Of a DNA stretch of 64,000 nt, positions 20,364 to 29,548 are shown piece after piece. The stretch comes from Polyangiales bacterium (GTDB lineage: Bacteria; Myxococcota_A; Polyangia; Polyangiales; Houyiibacteriaceae): contig JBGCFM010000086.1 in NCBI GenBank assembly GCA_045106895.1, positions 1 to 64,000 of the forward strand, written 5' to 3'. The notes below the pieces were generated by a model, which was given only the letters and a program-made list of their open reading frames with translations, ran no database searches and had not been told where the DNA came from. Positions within the stretch are counted from its first letter, which is position 1, and each line of letters begins with the position of its first letter. Position numbers and translations under genes: made by a program.

Positions 20364-21464
20364 CTAGATTTCAGGTTCGTCGAGGCGCTCACAGGTACGG
20401 ACGTTCACGCACTCCCAGCATCCTCCGGATGCGACGGCGACGCCCTCGGGCCCACACTCCGGCGCGATGGCGTCGCAGATGACTTCGCCTTCACCGGGAC
20501 ATCCGTGCGGCAAGCATCCGGAAACGCAGTCTTCGCACACTTCGCAGGAACCACGTGCACAGCTGTCACAGTAGTTGCCAATGCCGCACTCGAGGTCGCT
20601 CTCGCAGGTCGGAGGAGGAGAACAACCAGCGTGGGCCGCTTCGCAGTCGGCGCGTCCGACGTGAAGGGTATCGCAGGCGCCGATGCACTCGCATCCCGAC
20701 ACCTCGTTGCACGAGAAACCGTTCCACGCGAAGCCGAAGAGAATGCCGCATTCGCCTTCACCTTGAGCATGGTCGACGTCGCAGTCGCCAGGAGGCTCCG
20801 TGCACATCCCGTAGGCAGCTTCGCAGCTCGCCACGTCGCCGAAGGTGTCGTCGCAGCCGGCGCCTACGCAATCACAACCTGTGTCGCCTACGCACTCGGA
20901 TCCGTTCCACCAGAAGCGCAGACCGGGCTCGCAGCCCCCTTCGAAGCGCACATCCTGAGCATCACAGGGGCCAGGCGGCGGACAGTCGATGGCTGGACAC
21001 TCGCCGCCTGGGCCGCTGCAGATCTCTTCACCGTTACAGCCTGCGCAGCACGTGAGTGAATCAGCGCTGCAGGCCTCGCCTCCGCAAATCGGGCCCGTGC
21101 AGGACACGGGGGGACATTCGCCGCCTGGGCCGCTGCAGGAGCTTTGTTCGCCAGGGCAGCCACCACAACATACGGCCGTGTCCGCGCAAACGTTGCCATC
21201 GCAAACAACGGGCTGAGTGCACTCGATGGTCGTGCACGACTCGCCTGGTTGAACACAGGTACCGCAACTTGCATTACAGCAGACGGTGCCTTGACGACAT
21301 GTGTTGGCGCCACAAGCGACCCCTGAGCCTGCGTCGATGGAGCCTGCGTCCACGCCTTGACCGGAGTCTGCGCCTCCGCCGTCACCGCCAATGATGATGT
21401 TGCTCTCTGTGCAGCCGACGATGGGCGCGAGGGCGATAAGGAAAAAGAAAAGTAGGTTTCGCAT
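20364..21464 (-). CDS. Cys-rich lipoprotein with two Kunitz/BPTI-like repeats
   Basis: GGAGA RBS, lipobox IVGC; two copies of C..EG.C...F.WNG..C....GC.C.G.C......C...C. Confidence 0.75.
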   Translation of the reverse strand: MRNLLFFFLIALAPIVGCTESNIIIGGDGGGADSGQGVDAGSIDAGSGVACGANTCRQGTVCCNASCGTCVQPGESCTTIECTQPVVCDGNVCADTAVCCGGCPGEQSSCSGPGGECPPVSCTGPICGGEACSADSLTCCAGCNGEEICSGPGGECPAIDCPPPGPCDAQDVRFEGGCEPGLRFWWNGSECVGDTGCDCVGAGCDDTFGDVASCEAAYGMCTEPPGDCDVDHAQGEGECGILFGFAWNGFSCNEVSGCECIGACDTLHVGRADCEAAHAGCSPPPTCESDLECGIGNYCDSCARGSCEVCEDCVSGCLPHGCPGEGEVICDAIAPECGPEGVAVASGGCWECVNVRTCERLDEPEI

Positions 21465-21503
21465 TAGTATTGTCTCCCTGGCGAACGACGCCTTCCTTCA
21501 GTG

Positions 21504-21533
21504 AGTGGCCGCGTCGGCTGCAATCCATCACAA
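21504..21533 (-). promoter_or_regulatory. putative ECF promoter, copy upstream of the lipoprotein
   Basis: TTGTGATGGAT-N10-GCGGCCACT, matching 22934..22963. Confidence 0.7.
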
Positions 21534-21546
21534 GAAAATGAAAAAG

Positions 21547-22356
21547 TCAGTCACAGCCACTGCGAACGCGATGAGCGAGCGGCGATGAGGCGTGATCGCG
21601 GAGAAACGCGCGTTGAGCGCTCGTCGCTTCCGCGGCGCGAGCCGCGTCACAGAGCACGAAGACACGCGTGCCGTCACGCTCCGCCGCCAATCGGCCGGCC
21701 GGGAACCGGCGATTGTGTTCCGCGAGCTGCCGCAGGGCTTCGTCGAAGTTGCCTTGGACGCGTGCGCGTTGAGCAGCTCGGAGCAGGCCTAGTTCGTCGC
21801 TGAGCGACATCGCGGATGGCGCCTCGTCGAGGGCCACGGGCGGGGCTACCTGAGGCGGACTCCGTCGCGTGCTCGCGCTCGGGCGTGGAACAGTCGCAGG
21901 CGTGGGCGTCAAAGCCTCGGCGATGGGTGTCACGTCAGTCGGACTCGGAACCGGGACCGACTCAACTGTAGGTTCGGCGACCGGAAGAGCTGGAGCGCTC
22001 GGGGGGCTCGGCTCAGCGGCTTCGGCTCTTTGCGCGCGTCGAGTGGCCGAAGAGCTCGTCCGCGCGTCCGCTTCATCGGGGCCCGTGAAAGACAGCGCAC
22101 CCGCGCCGGCCACGGTGACAAGGCCGACGACCATGAGGGCTTTTAGCCCCAGTCCACCGGTCGCGAGAGCCGCGCCACTCGCCGCGGCGCTCGCGCTCCC
22201 CGCGCTTGCCGCCACACCGGCAGCACTCGTCGCAGCAAGTGCGACGGCAACACCTTTACGGACACGTTTGCGGTCGGCGTCGCTGGGCGAAATGTCGCCT
22301 TCGGAGGTGGCGAGCGACAAGAAGTCCTGAGCTTCCGAGGAGAGTTTGTCGTTCAT
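21547..22356 (-). CDS. putative anti-sigma factor (single TM, Pro-rich linker, C-terminal TPR-like domain)
   Basis: ATGA overlap with sigma; ELGLLRAAQRA..HNRRFPAGRLAAER..LC. Confidence 0.75.
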   Translation of the reverse strand: MNDKLSSEAQDFLSLATSEGDISPSDADRKRVRKGVAVALAATSAAGVAASAGSASAAASGAALATGGLGLKALMVVGLVTVAGAGALSFTGPDEADARTSSSATRRAQRAEAAEPSPPSAPALPVAEPTVESVPVPSPTDVTPIAEALTPTPATVPRPSASTRRSPPQVAPPVALDEAPSAMSLSDELGLLRAAQRARVQGNFDEALRQLAEHNRRFPAGRLAAERDGTRVFVLCDAARAAEATSAQRAFLRDHASSPLAHRVRSGCD

Positions 22357-22928
22357 CGTTTTGTGCCTTCGTGAAGCCGGCGGTGTTGGGAGGCGGCCTT
22401 TTCAAAAGCCGTTCTTGCAAGGCGTAGTCGCGAATACACAGTGTTCAACTTCACGCCGCTCGCAGAGACGAACTCAGGTGCGCTCATTTGTTCGACCTCG
22501 ATGGCGACGAACACTTCGCGTTGTTCGTCCGGCAGCGTCTCTAGAAAGTGTTGGAGAACCGCCGCTGCTTCTCGCGCAGCGGTCATCGCGTGCGGACCAT
22601 CTGCGGTCTCGGTGCGGAGAGTGCCGCACTCAGACAGTTCCGCTTCCGGGCGTCGACGCTGGGAGCGTCGGTGGTCGCTAACGACGCGACGCGCGATCCC
22701 AAAGAGCCAGGAGCGCATGGTGGAGCGGCCTTCGAAACTAGAGAGCTTTCGATAAGCGATGATGAACGTATCTTGGACGACGTCGTCGGTGGCCGGTGGA
22801 TGAACACCAAGACGCCGAACACTGCGCCAGACGAAATCGAAATGCTCGGCGTAGACTTCGTCGAAACCGGGCGCTGCCGCAGCGGGCTCCTTATACGCGC
22901 TGAGTCTTTCGGCGGAGGCCATCATCAA
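22353..22928 (-). CDS. ECF RNA polymerase sigma factor
   Basis: Region 2 DDVVQDTF..SWLFGIA; region 4 LPDEQREVF..NTVYSRLRLAR. Confidence 0.93.
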   Translation of the reverse strand: MMMASAERLSAYKEPAAAAPGFDEVYAEHFDFVWRSVRRLGVHPPATDDVVQDTFIIAYRKLSSFEGRSTMRSWLFGIARRVVSDHRRSQRRRPEAELSECGTLRTETADGPHAMTAAREAAAVLQHFLETLPDEQREVFVAIEVEQMSAPEFVSASGVKLNTVYSRLRLARTAFEKAASQHRRLHEGTKR

Positions 22929-22933
22929 CTCTC

Positions 22934-22963
22934 AGTGGCCGCAGTTCCGCTCATCCGTCACAA
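22934..22963 (-). promoter_or_regulatory. putative ECF autoregulatory promoter
   Basis: TTGTGACGGAT-N10-GCGGCCACT ending 5 bp before the sigma start, implying a leaderless mRNA. Confidence 0.7.
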
Positions 22964-24073
22964 AAAGTGTAACCCAAGCGCGAATTCAGCGCGTCCCACC
23001 AGGGAAGCCGTCCGGTGGACCCCTAGCGGGCCGCGGAACGCGTAGAGTGGACGGTTGAGCGGAACGCGGATGTCCCCACGAAAGCCCAATGAAATCGGGC
23101 CAATACGAATAGCCAAGGCTGCTTCGGCGCCTAGCGCTGCCCAAAGCGAGTACCCCGTTTGAGGACCCTCGACGTCTCGGCCGCGGCCGCCCATGACGCC
23201 AAGCTCCACCACGCCGCGAAGGTCCATCATTAGGAGTCCGTAACGAAGATGAAGTCCTGGAGTCGCCCGAAGCGCGCCGAGAGCGAAGCGTCCACTGGCC
23301 TCCACGGCGGTGGACTCGTCTTGGGGCAGAACGGCGAGGGCATGAATTCCCAGACCAAACCTGCGGCGCTGGTGAAACACGCCCACGGACAAGACGGGGC
23401 TTGGCGCCGGGAGGGCGCCGAAATCGACACCAGCGCGCGCGGCGACTCCCCAGTGGGAGCGTTCGATGACCTCTCGGGTGGGACGATTCGTCTGGATTTG
23501 CGCGTCCGGGTCGCTTCTTTCGCGGGCTGAACCGGCCTCCGGCGCTTGTTCCTCCGGCGCTTGTTCGCCGGGTACTTCCTGTGCTTCCAGCGCCGGTCCG
23601 TCCGGCGCTTGAGGTAGCCCCAGCTCCGCTGCGTTTTCGACGTTGCGTGGGCTTTGCGTGGGTGGAGTGTCTGACCCCAACTCTGTCACGGGTGCGTGCC
23701 CGCCTGGGTCGTTCTCTTCTTCGAGGGGCTCTGGTATCGCCAAGGCGGCGTCGGGGTCGACGGCCAAAACGATGAGCAAGGCGACGGCACCGCGCAACTC
23801 TTCGCAGCTCCCCGCTTCGAAGGTGCGCTCACCCAGGACCGCCTCGTCATCTTCGAGGCGAACGACGGCGCCCCAGGCTTCTGCATGTGTGACCGTCACA
23901 GAGGCGCGGATCGTCGCGTCACCTCCGCCGGGAAGAAGACGGGCGATCTCCGATTCGACGACCGCCGCCTCGGCGCAGTCAGGAGGGCCTGCCCATTCGA
24001 TGGAAATATCAGCGTGAGCGCACGGGACGGCGGACAGCAGCGCCGCTCCAAAGGCGCATATCGCAGCGTTCAT
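22958..24073 (-). CDS. secreted protein with putative C-terminal outer-membrane beta-barrel
   Basis: AGGAG RBS, signal peptide, two-Cys N-domain, Pro/Glu linker, amphipathic strands ending LGLHFL. Confidence 0.7.
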   Translation of the reverse strand: MNAAICAFGAALLSAVPCAHADISIEWAGPPDCAEAAVVESEIARLLPGGGDATIRASVTVTHAEAWGAVVRLEDDEAVLGERTFEAGSCEELRGAVALLIVLAVDPDAALAIPEPLEEENDPGGHAPVTELGSDTPPTQSPRNVENAAELGLPQAPDGPALEAQEVPGEQAPEEQAPEAGSARERSDPDAQIQTNRPTREVIERSHWGVAARAGVDFGALPAPSPVLSVGVFHQRRRFGLGIHALAVLPQDESTAVEASGRFALGALRATPGLHLRYGLLMMDLRGVVELGVMGGRGRDVEGPQTGYSLWAALGAEAALAIRIGPISLGFRGDIRVPLNRPLYAFRGPLGVHRTASLVGRAEFALGLHFL

Positions 24074-24129
24074 CGCTCCTCTCGACTTTGGCCCGTGCCT
24101 TGTCACACCACAGGCGTACGCTTCTCCGC

Positions 24130-24825
24130 ATGGATTCGCACGCCGACGCAGCCTTCATCCGCAAGACCATCCACGAAGATGAGGGGCTCCAGTCCATACA
24201 GCGGGACGTTGAGCATCATCTCGCGTCCCAAGGGTTCGACGCCGGTCATGACCTCGCGCACTCCCTTCGTGTGGCGGTTTGGACATTGAGGCTCGCGCCG
24301 ACGGTCGCTCCGAGAGAAGGAATCGCGGCGGCGCTCCTTCACGACGTCATCAACTTGCCGAAGAATCACCCTGAGCGCTCGACGGCGTCCGCTCGTTCGG
24401 CGGACTACGCGCGCCGCTGTCTCCCCGCCGCCGGATTCGGCAACGAGGCCATCGAGCGGATCGCCGACGCCGTTGAGGAGCACTCTTATAGTCGTGGTCT
24501 CACGCCGACGTCGGACCTCGGCCGTGCGCTTCAGGACGCCGATCGGCTGGAGACCCTTGGGAGCATTGGGCTGATGCGTGTGTTCTCCACCGGCACACGT
24601 ATGGGCGCTCGCTACTTTCATCCAGCCGACCCCTGGGCCGATGAGCGCGAGCTGGACGACCTCAAGTTTTCCATCGACCACTTCGCGACCAAGCTTCTCC
24701 GTCTGCCGGCGACGATGAATACGGAAGGCGGCAAGAAAGAAGGCGAGCGTCGTGCGGAAAGGCTTCGCCGCTTTGTCGTCGACTTGGCCGAAGAGCTCGC
24801 CATCGAGCCGCCGGAGTGGCTGTAG
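24130..24825 (+). CDS. HD-domain phosphohydrolase (YedJ-like)
   Basis: HDLAHSLRV, ALLHDV, QDADRLE, HFATKLL. Confidence 0.9.
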   Translation: MDSHADAAFIRKTIHEDEGLQSIQRDVEHHLASQGFDAGHDLAHSLRVAVWTLRLAPTVAPREGIAAALLHDVINLPKNHPERSTASARSADYARRCLPAAGFGNEAIERIADAVEEHSYSRGLTPTSDLGRALQDADRLETLGSIGLMRVFSTGTRMGARYFHPADPWADERELDDLKFSIDHFATKLLRLPATMNTEGGKKEGERRAERLRRFVVDLAEELAIEPPEWL

Positions 24826-24838
24826 TCCGTTCGAGCCC

Positions 24839-24932
24839 TGCCTACTTTGAGCGCTGTGCCTACTTTGAGCGCTGTGTCTACTTTGAGCGCTATGTCTACT
24901 TTGAGCGCTGTGTCTACTTTGAGCGCTGTGCC
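24839..24932. repeat. 18-bp tandem repeat x5 formed from the 3' end and stop codon of the DHH gene
   Basis: ctactttgagcgct(g/a)tg(c/t) at 24842, 24860, 24878, 24896, 24914. Confidence 0.97.
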
Positions 24933-25798
24933 AGTGCTTTGAGGACCTTGTTGAGTTCCTTGGCGTTGACGCTTACTCGCGTGGGCATCCCGCCGTCGAG
25001 CCCAAGGATTGAGAGCAGGTCGATGCCGGAATCAAAGCGCGCGGCGACGGTGACGGTGGTGTCGTCGTGCACCAGCGAGATCGGCGCGAGCTCTTGCCCA
25101 AGCAAGAGCAGGTGCGTCTTCTCGTAAGGACCTTCGCGACGCCGGGCATCGCAGACCGCGACGTCCCCTTCGATGTGGTAGCGAGTCGCGAGGCGCGAAG
25201 ACTCGCGTTCCTTCGCCACGACGGCGCGTGCGGCTCTCTCGAACTCCTTGGCCATGCCAACGTCTTCTGCTCCGTCCACGAGGTAGCGAATCATGAGGCC
25301 CTTGAGGCCTTCGTCGCGCGGGTTTCCTCGAAGAGCGCGGTCGAGAAGGATGCCGCGGGGAGATGGAGTCCCGAGGCGGGTGTCGACGGCGTGAGCGTCC
25401 GCGTCAGCGCCTTCGTAGGGTTCGTGGCCACCGCGAATCCACTTGGCGGCGGCGCAAAGGCCATCGAAGTCGACGTGGCAGCAGACTGTGTCGACGGGGC
25501 CCGCGGCTTCGACCATCGCTGGGGTGATGATCTGGGGACACGCCCCGTGTTCAGCTTTGGTGTGGAGCACGAAGCGCGGGTCGTCGGCGTATTCGACGTG
25601 GCGCTCGTGGTCATGGTGGTCGACCCAGAGCGCCAGTCGCTCGCCGAGCCCATTGATGAAGGGCAGGGTGGTCTTCTCAAAAGACGCTCCGCCGGCTTTG
25701 GAGGCGAAGGCTACGTCTAGAACGACGACGCGTCCCTCCAGCGTTGAAGCCCGGGGCAATTTTCGAGGAGTGCCATAGGCGATGGAGGGGAAAGCCAC
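24914..25798 (-). CDS. DHH-family phosphoesterase-like protein
   Basis: VVLD, WVDHHD, CHVDFDG motifs. Confidence 0.7.
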   Translation of the reverse strand: MAFPSIAYGTPRKLPRASTLEGRVVVLDVAFASKAGGASFEKTTLPFINGLGERLALWVDHHDHERHVEYADDPRFVLHTKAEHGACPQIITPAMVEAAGPVDTVCCHVDFDGLCAAAKWIRGGHEPYEGADADAHAVDTRLGTPSPRGILLDRALRGNPRDEGLKGLMIRYLVDGAEDVGMAKEFERAARAVVAKERESSRLATRYHIEGDVAVCDARRREGPYEKTHLLLLGQELAPISLVHDDTTVTVAARFDSGIDLLSILGLDGGMPTRVSVNAKELNKVLKALAQRSK

Positions 25799-25930
25799 GG
25801 AAGATCATGACGCTTTCGCAGAGGAGGGCAAGGCTTGGTGTTTCTGCGCCAGGTGACTCTTGTGTGAAGTCCAACAGTCTCGGCCGGCGCGACGCTTGCA
25901 CCAAGGTCGTCCCGCCACTAACATTCCTAG

Positions 25931-27028
25931 ATGTCGCTACCACTTAGTTTTTTCCAGCGTTTGCCCAAGACCGACCTCCACGTCCATCTTGACGGCTCGC
26001 TGAGGCTTTCCACCATTCTCGACATCGCTGACAACGATGGAATCGAGCTTCCGGCGAAGGACGCCGCCGGCTTGTCCAAGGCGATGAACCTTGGCCAGAA
26101 CACGGGCTCCCTTGTCGAGTACCTCAAGGCCTTCGACACGACGCTGAAGGTTCTTCAGACGGAAGACTCCCTGAAGCGAGCCGCGTACGAACTCGCCGAG
26201 GACGCCGCCAAAGAGAACGTCCGCTACATGGAGGTCCGCTACTCGCCGATGCTTCATACAAACGACGGTCTCCGCGTCACGGCCGTCGTCGAGGCTGTTC
26301 TCGATGGACTTCGCGAAGCGCAGCAGGACCACGGGATCATCTCGAACATCATCGTTTGCGGCATCCGCAACATCTCGCCGGAGAGCTCCTACGAGATGGC
26401 CCAGCTCGCCGTCGCATACAAGAACCGTGGCGTTATCGGTTTCGACCTCGCTGGCGCGGAGTACGACCACCCGGCGAAGCACCACCTCGAGGCGTTCCAG
26501 CTCGTCCGCGACAACAATATCTGGGTCACGATTCACGCTGGCGAAGCCTATGGACCTGAGTCGATTCACCAGGCCATCCACGTGTGCGGCGCGCACCGAA
26601 TCGGCCACGGCTGCCGACTTCGCGAAGACGGCGACCTTCTCCACTACGTCAACGACACACGTATCGCCCTAGAGTGCTGCCCCTCGTCGAACGTTCAGAC
26701 CGGCGCCGTCCGCGACCTTGCGAGCCATCCTCTGAAGTTCTTCAAGGACCTTGGCCTTCGCGTCACCATCAACACGGACAACCGTCTCGTGACGGACACC
26801 ACTGTGTCCAAGGAGCTCTGGCTCGCTCACACGCAGATGAACTTGAACCTGGACGAGATCATCAAGATCATCACGAGTGGTTTCAAGTCGGCGTTCTTGC
26901 CGTTCCACATTCGTCAGCAGCTTCTTCGCAAGGCCGTCGCCGAGCTTGAGCAGTACGCGGTGGAGGGGGCTCGCTTGCAAGACCCTGCTCTCGAAGCCGC
27001 TAGCGACGACACCACCGTTCAGGCTTAG
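25931..27028 (+). CDS. add: adenosine deaminase
   Basis: PKTDLHVHLDGS, FDLAG.E, TIHAGE, RIGHG, CPSSN, INTDN. Confidence 0.95.
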   Translation: MSLPLSFFQRLPKTDLHVHLDGSLRLSTILDIADNDGIELPAKDAAGLSKAMNLGQNTGSLVEYLKAFDTTLKVLQTEDSLKRAAYELAEDAAKENVRYMEVRYSPMLHTNDGLRVTAVVEAVLDGLREAQQDHGIISNIIVCGIRNISPESSYEMAQLAVAYKNRGVIGFDLAGAEYDHPAKHHLEAFQLVRDNNIWVTIHAGEAYGPESIHQAIHVCGAHRIGHGCRLREDGDLLHYVNDTRIALECCPSSNVQTGAVRDLASHPLKFFKDLGLRVTINTDNRLVTDTTVSKELWLAHTQMNLNLDEIIKIITSGFKSAFLPFHIRQQLLRKAVAELEQYAVEGARLQDPALEAASDDTTVQA

Positions 27029-27036
27029 TACGCCGC

Positions 27037-27756
27037 GTGTTTGACGCGCACGTACACCTGGATTTCCTCCCCGCCGCCGAAGCCGCCGAATACGTTCGGC
27101 GCGCGCGCGGCGCCGGAGTGAGCGGGTTCGCGATACCAGGCGTCTCTCCCGGCCAGTGGGCAAACGCCCGCGACCTCGCCGCTCAGACCCAGGGCTCAGA
27201 CTGGGGCTGCGGTATTCATCCTGAGTATGCGACTGCGAGCTCCGCGGATGACGCGTCAGGGCTCGTGCAGTTCGCCAAAGAGCATCGGCCCGCCTTCATT
27301 GGGGAGACCGGCCTCGATGCGCGGCTTGAAGCGGAGTTTCCTAGCGACGCACAAGAAGAGCTCTTCATGTCTCATGTCGCCCTCGCCGAAGCTCTCGAAC
27401 TGCCCCTCGTCGTCCACTCCGTACGGCGCCACGCGCGTGTCCTGCAACTTCTTGAGGGGCGTGATGTGCGGGGGATGGTCCACGGCTTCATCGGGAGCCC
27501 GGAGACGGCGGCGCGTTTCTTTGCGCGTGGGTGGATGCTCTCGGCCGGCAAAGGCGCCATGCGTTCGCCAAAAACCAAACGTGCGTTTGCGAGCGCGCCG
27601 CTCCACCAGGTCCTCGTCGAGAGCGACGAACCCGGTGAAAACAGCGACGTGCCAGAGGTCACGAAGTGGCTCAGCCAGCAGCGAGGCTTAGCGCTTCGAA
27701 GCGTGGCCGCGCAGATTCATACGAACGCAGAAGTCTTGTTTACGAGCGGCCGGTAG
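27037..27756 (+). CDS. TatD-family hydrolase
   Basis: FDAHVHLD, GIHP, IGETGLD, VVHS, VHGF, VESD. Confidence 0.9.
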   Translation: MFDAHVHLDFLPAAEAAEYVRRARGAGVSGFAIPGVSPGQWANARDLAAQTQGSDWGCGIHPEYATASSADDASGLVQFAKEHRPAFIGETGLDARLEAEFPSDAQEELFMSHVALAEALELPLVVHSVRRHARVLQLLEGRDVRGMVHGFIGSPETAARFFARGWMLSAGKGAMRSPKTKRAFASAPLHQVLVESDEPGENSDVPEVTKWLSQQRGLALRSVAAQIHTNAEVLFTSGR

Positions 27757-27798
27757 CAGGAACGTTCGTGACCGAGCGCCGCGGAGAAAGCTGGCAAG

Positions 27799-28287
27799 AT
27801 GACCCTCACCGGTTATCGTAGGTATCTTGAGAACGTACACTTGGGATTCCTGACAAAGCTAACGGGCCGATACTCCGCACCGACCGGCGCGTCCGCTTCC
27901 AATGAAGAGATCGACTCGCTTGCCACGCGATTGGGCGTCCACGTCTGCGAGCCTCTACGAGAGTTCTTTGTGTGGCTCGGGCATGATGTAGATGGCCTCT
28001 TTCGTGGAACGGAGTGTTTGCTCGACCATTTCAAAGAGAACGTGGCGTGGCTACCTGAGCTGTTCGCAGAAATGAACGTGCCCTTTGACTCAACCGGCAA
28101 GCCTGTCTGTTTTTATTGTCACCAGGGGTACATTGCGTACTGGTATCACTCCGATCCAGGGGTCTTAGATCCCAGGTGCTGGACGATTGCGGATGATGGT
28201 GTTCATGCATCTCCCACCCTGGCCGGTACAGTTTCCGAAGTTCTATCGCGGGAGGTCATCTGTCGAGTGAACCTCGCAGCGAAGTAG
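27799..28287 (+). CDS. SMI1/KNR4 (SUKH) immunity-like protein
   Basis: GASASNEEIDSLATRLGV..EPLREFF..G; visibly more AT-rich than flanks. Confidence 0.7.
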   Translation: MTLTGYRRYLENVHLGFLTKLTGRYSAPTGASASNEEIDSLATRLGVHVCEPLREFFVWLGHDVDGLFRGTECLLDHFKENVAWLPELFAEMNVPFDSTGKPVCFYCHQGYIAYWYHSDPGVLDPRCWTIADDGVHASPTLAGTVSEVLSREVICRVNLAAK

Positions 28288-28299
28288 CCTAGAACGGAC

Positions 28300-28566
28300 T
28301 CGTGGCCGACTACTCCGATGTCGAGGTCCCGGAGCTCTTCGGACAGTCTCGCGGCGCTCTCGTTTGTTGACAAGTCGCACGACACAACCCGCGTGAGGAC
28401 GGAGTGCTCGGCGCAGTTTCTGGGACACGGCTTCAAGCCGCGCTCGGCTTCGAGCGGCGAGGACAACGTTGAGGCCCTCTTTCGCCAGTTGCTCCGCGAA
28501 CGCGTAGCCAATCCCCGATGAGGCACCTGTGACGAGGGCCCAAGGCCCATGGATCGTTTGTTTCAT
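28300..28566 (-). pseudogene. frameshifted and truncated short-chain dehydrogenase
   Basis: WALVTGASSGIG..VLAAR, frameshift near 28411, continues ..CDLS..DLDIGV and breaks before NNAG; no YxxxK. Confidence 0.85.
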
Positions 28567-28595
28567 AAACAGTCTCCGCTGAAGAAGGGCGTGGG

Positions 28596-29465
28596 CTAGG
28601 GCTCGAGAGGCTTGATGTCGCCGTCGCCAAGGTCAGCTCTAGGCCGCAGCGACCGCAGGGGAACTTCGTCGAAGCGCCAGTCCCAAAGAACCATGCGGTG
28701 CATGAAACGGGTGTCGTGGGAGTCGCGGAGACGTGGCGTGACGGACATTCGCGATGGGACGAGCACGCCGCCGACGCGCTGGTGACGTGTGTAGGTGGAG
28801 GTGCCGCGGACAAAACGAAACTGCTCACGCACGGTGTACACGACGGCGCTTTGAACGAAGGTTTCGGCGTCGATGTAGACCACGAATTGGTCGTGGTCGG
28901 CGCTGGGCTCGTTGGACCAGCTGGCGTACACCTTATGGTGCATGCGGCCGAAGCGCTCTTCTTCGCCGAGGTAGGCAACGACGGGCACGTCGCGCAATCG
29001 AAACGGAAGCTCGAGCAGAAACGCGACGGCGGGGACCATAAAGTAGGCGTCGTCGTCTTGGTCGTCCTCTTCGTGGAAGGTCCGGCGTCCCGCGCTATTG
29101 CCGTCATAGGTTCGCCAGTTCTGAAGCCCGAGAACTTCACCAGCGCGCTCCCCGGTTTCGAAGACATAGGCGCCGTCGAAGCCCCCGTTCGTCCATTGGA
29201 ACTGCATCCGATCTTCGACGTCCCATCCAGGGTGCACGCCCATCATCGTGGCCATCACGCTGTCCCAATCGTCTCGCAACGTGACCGCCGTGGTCTCGTA
29301 GCGCTGCCAGGCGGCGTACCCGTGGACGTCAGCGCTTCGATGAAGAAGAGCGCGTCCGCGCGCGGCGGATTCTTGGGAGATACCTCCGCGGAGTTCCGAA
29401 GGACGAAGGTCGCGAAGACATCCGCTGAGCGTAAGAGCCAACAAGACTCCGAGTTTCCAGTTCAT
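28596..29465 (-). CDS. hypothetical lipoprotein
   Basis: Lipobox LSGC; beta-rich; divergent from LysR. Confidence 0.75.
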   Translation of the reverse strand: MNWKLGVLLALTLSGCLRDLRPSELRGGISQESAARGRALLHRSADVHGYAAWQRYETTAVTLRDDWDSVMATMMGVHPGWDVEDRMQFQWTNGGFDGAYVFETGERAGEVLGLQNWRTYDGNSAGRRTFHEEDDQDDDAYFMVPAVAFLLELPFRLRDVPVVAYLGEEERFGRMHHKVYASWSNEPSADHDQFVVYIDAETFVQSAVVYTVREQFRFVRGTSTYTRHQRVGGVLVPSRMSVTPRLRDSHDTRFMHRMVLWDWRFDEVPLRSLRPRADLGDGDIKPLEP

Positions 29466-29548
29466 GGAGTCGACTCTGTGTCTCAGAGTCTTTCTTGATT
29501 AGTGGTAAAATACTGCGAACACATTCTCTGATAGTGAGATAATGAGGC

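Noticed and set aside
24839..24932. CRISPR array
   Set aside because: Head-to-tail 18-bp units with no spacers and no cas genes.
25931..27756. RADAR or Qat anti-phage system
   Set aside because: Both proteins look like ordinary-size housekeeping enzymes, and no AAA/KAP ATPase or QueC partner is present.
27757..28300. Integron cassette around the SUKH-like gene
   Set aside because: No convincing attC (RYYYAAC...GTTRRRY) and no integrase.
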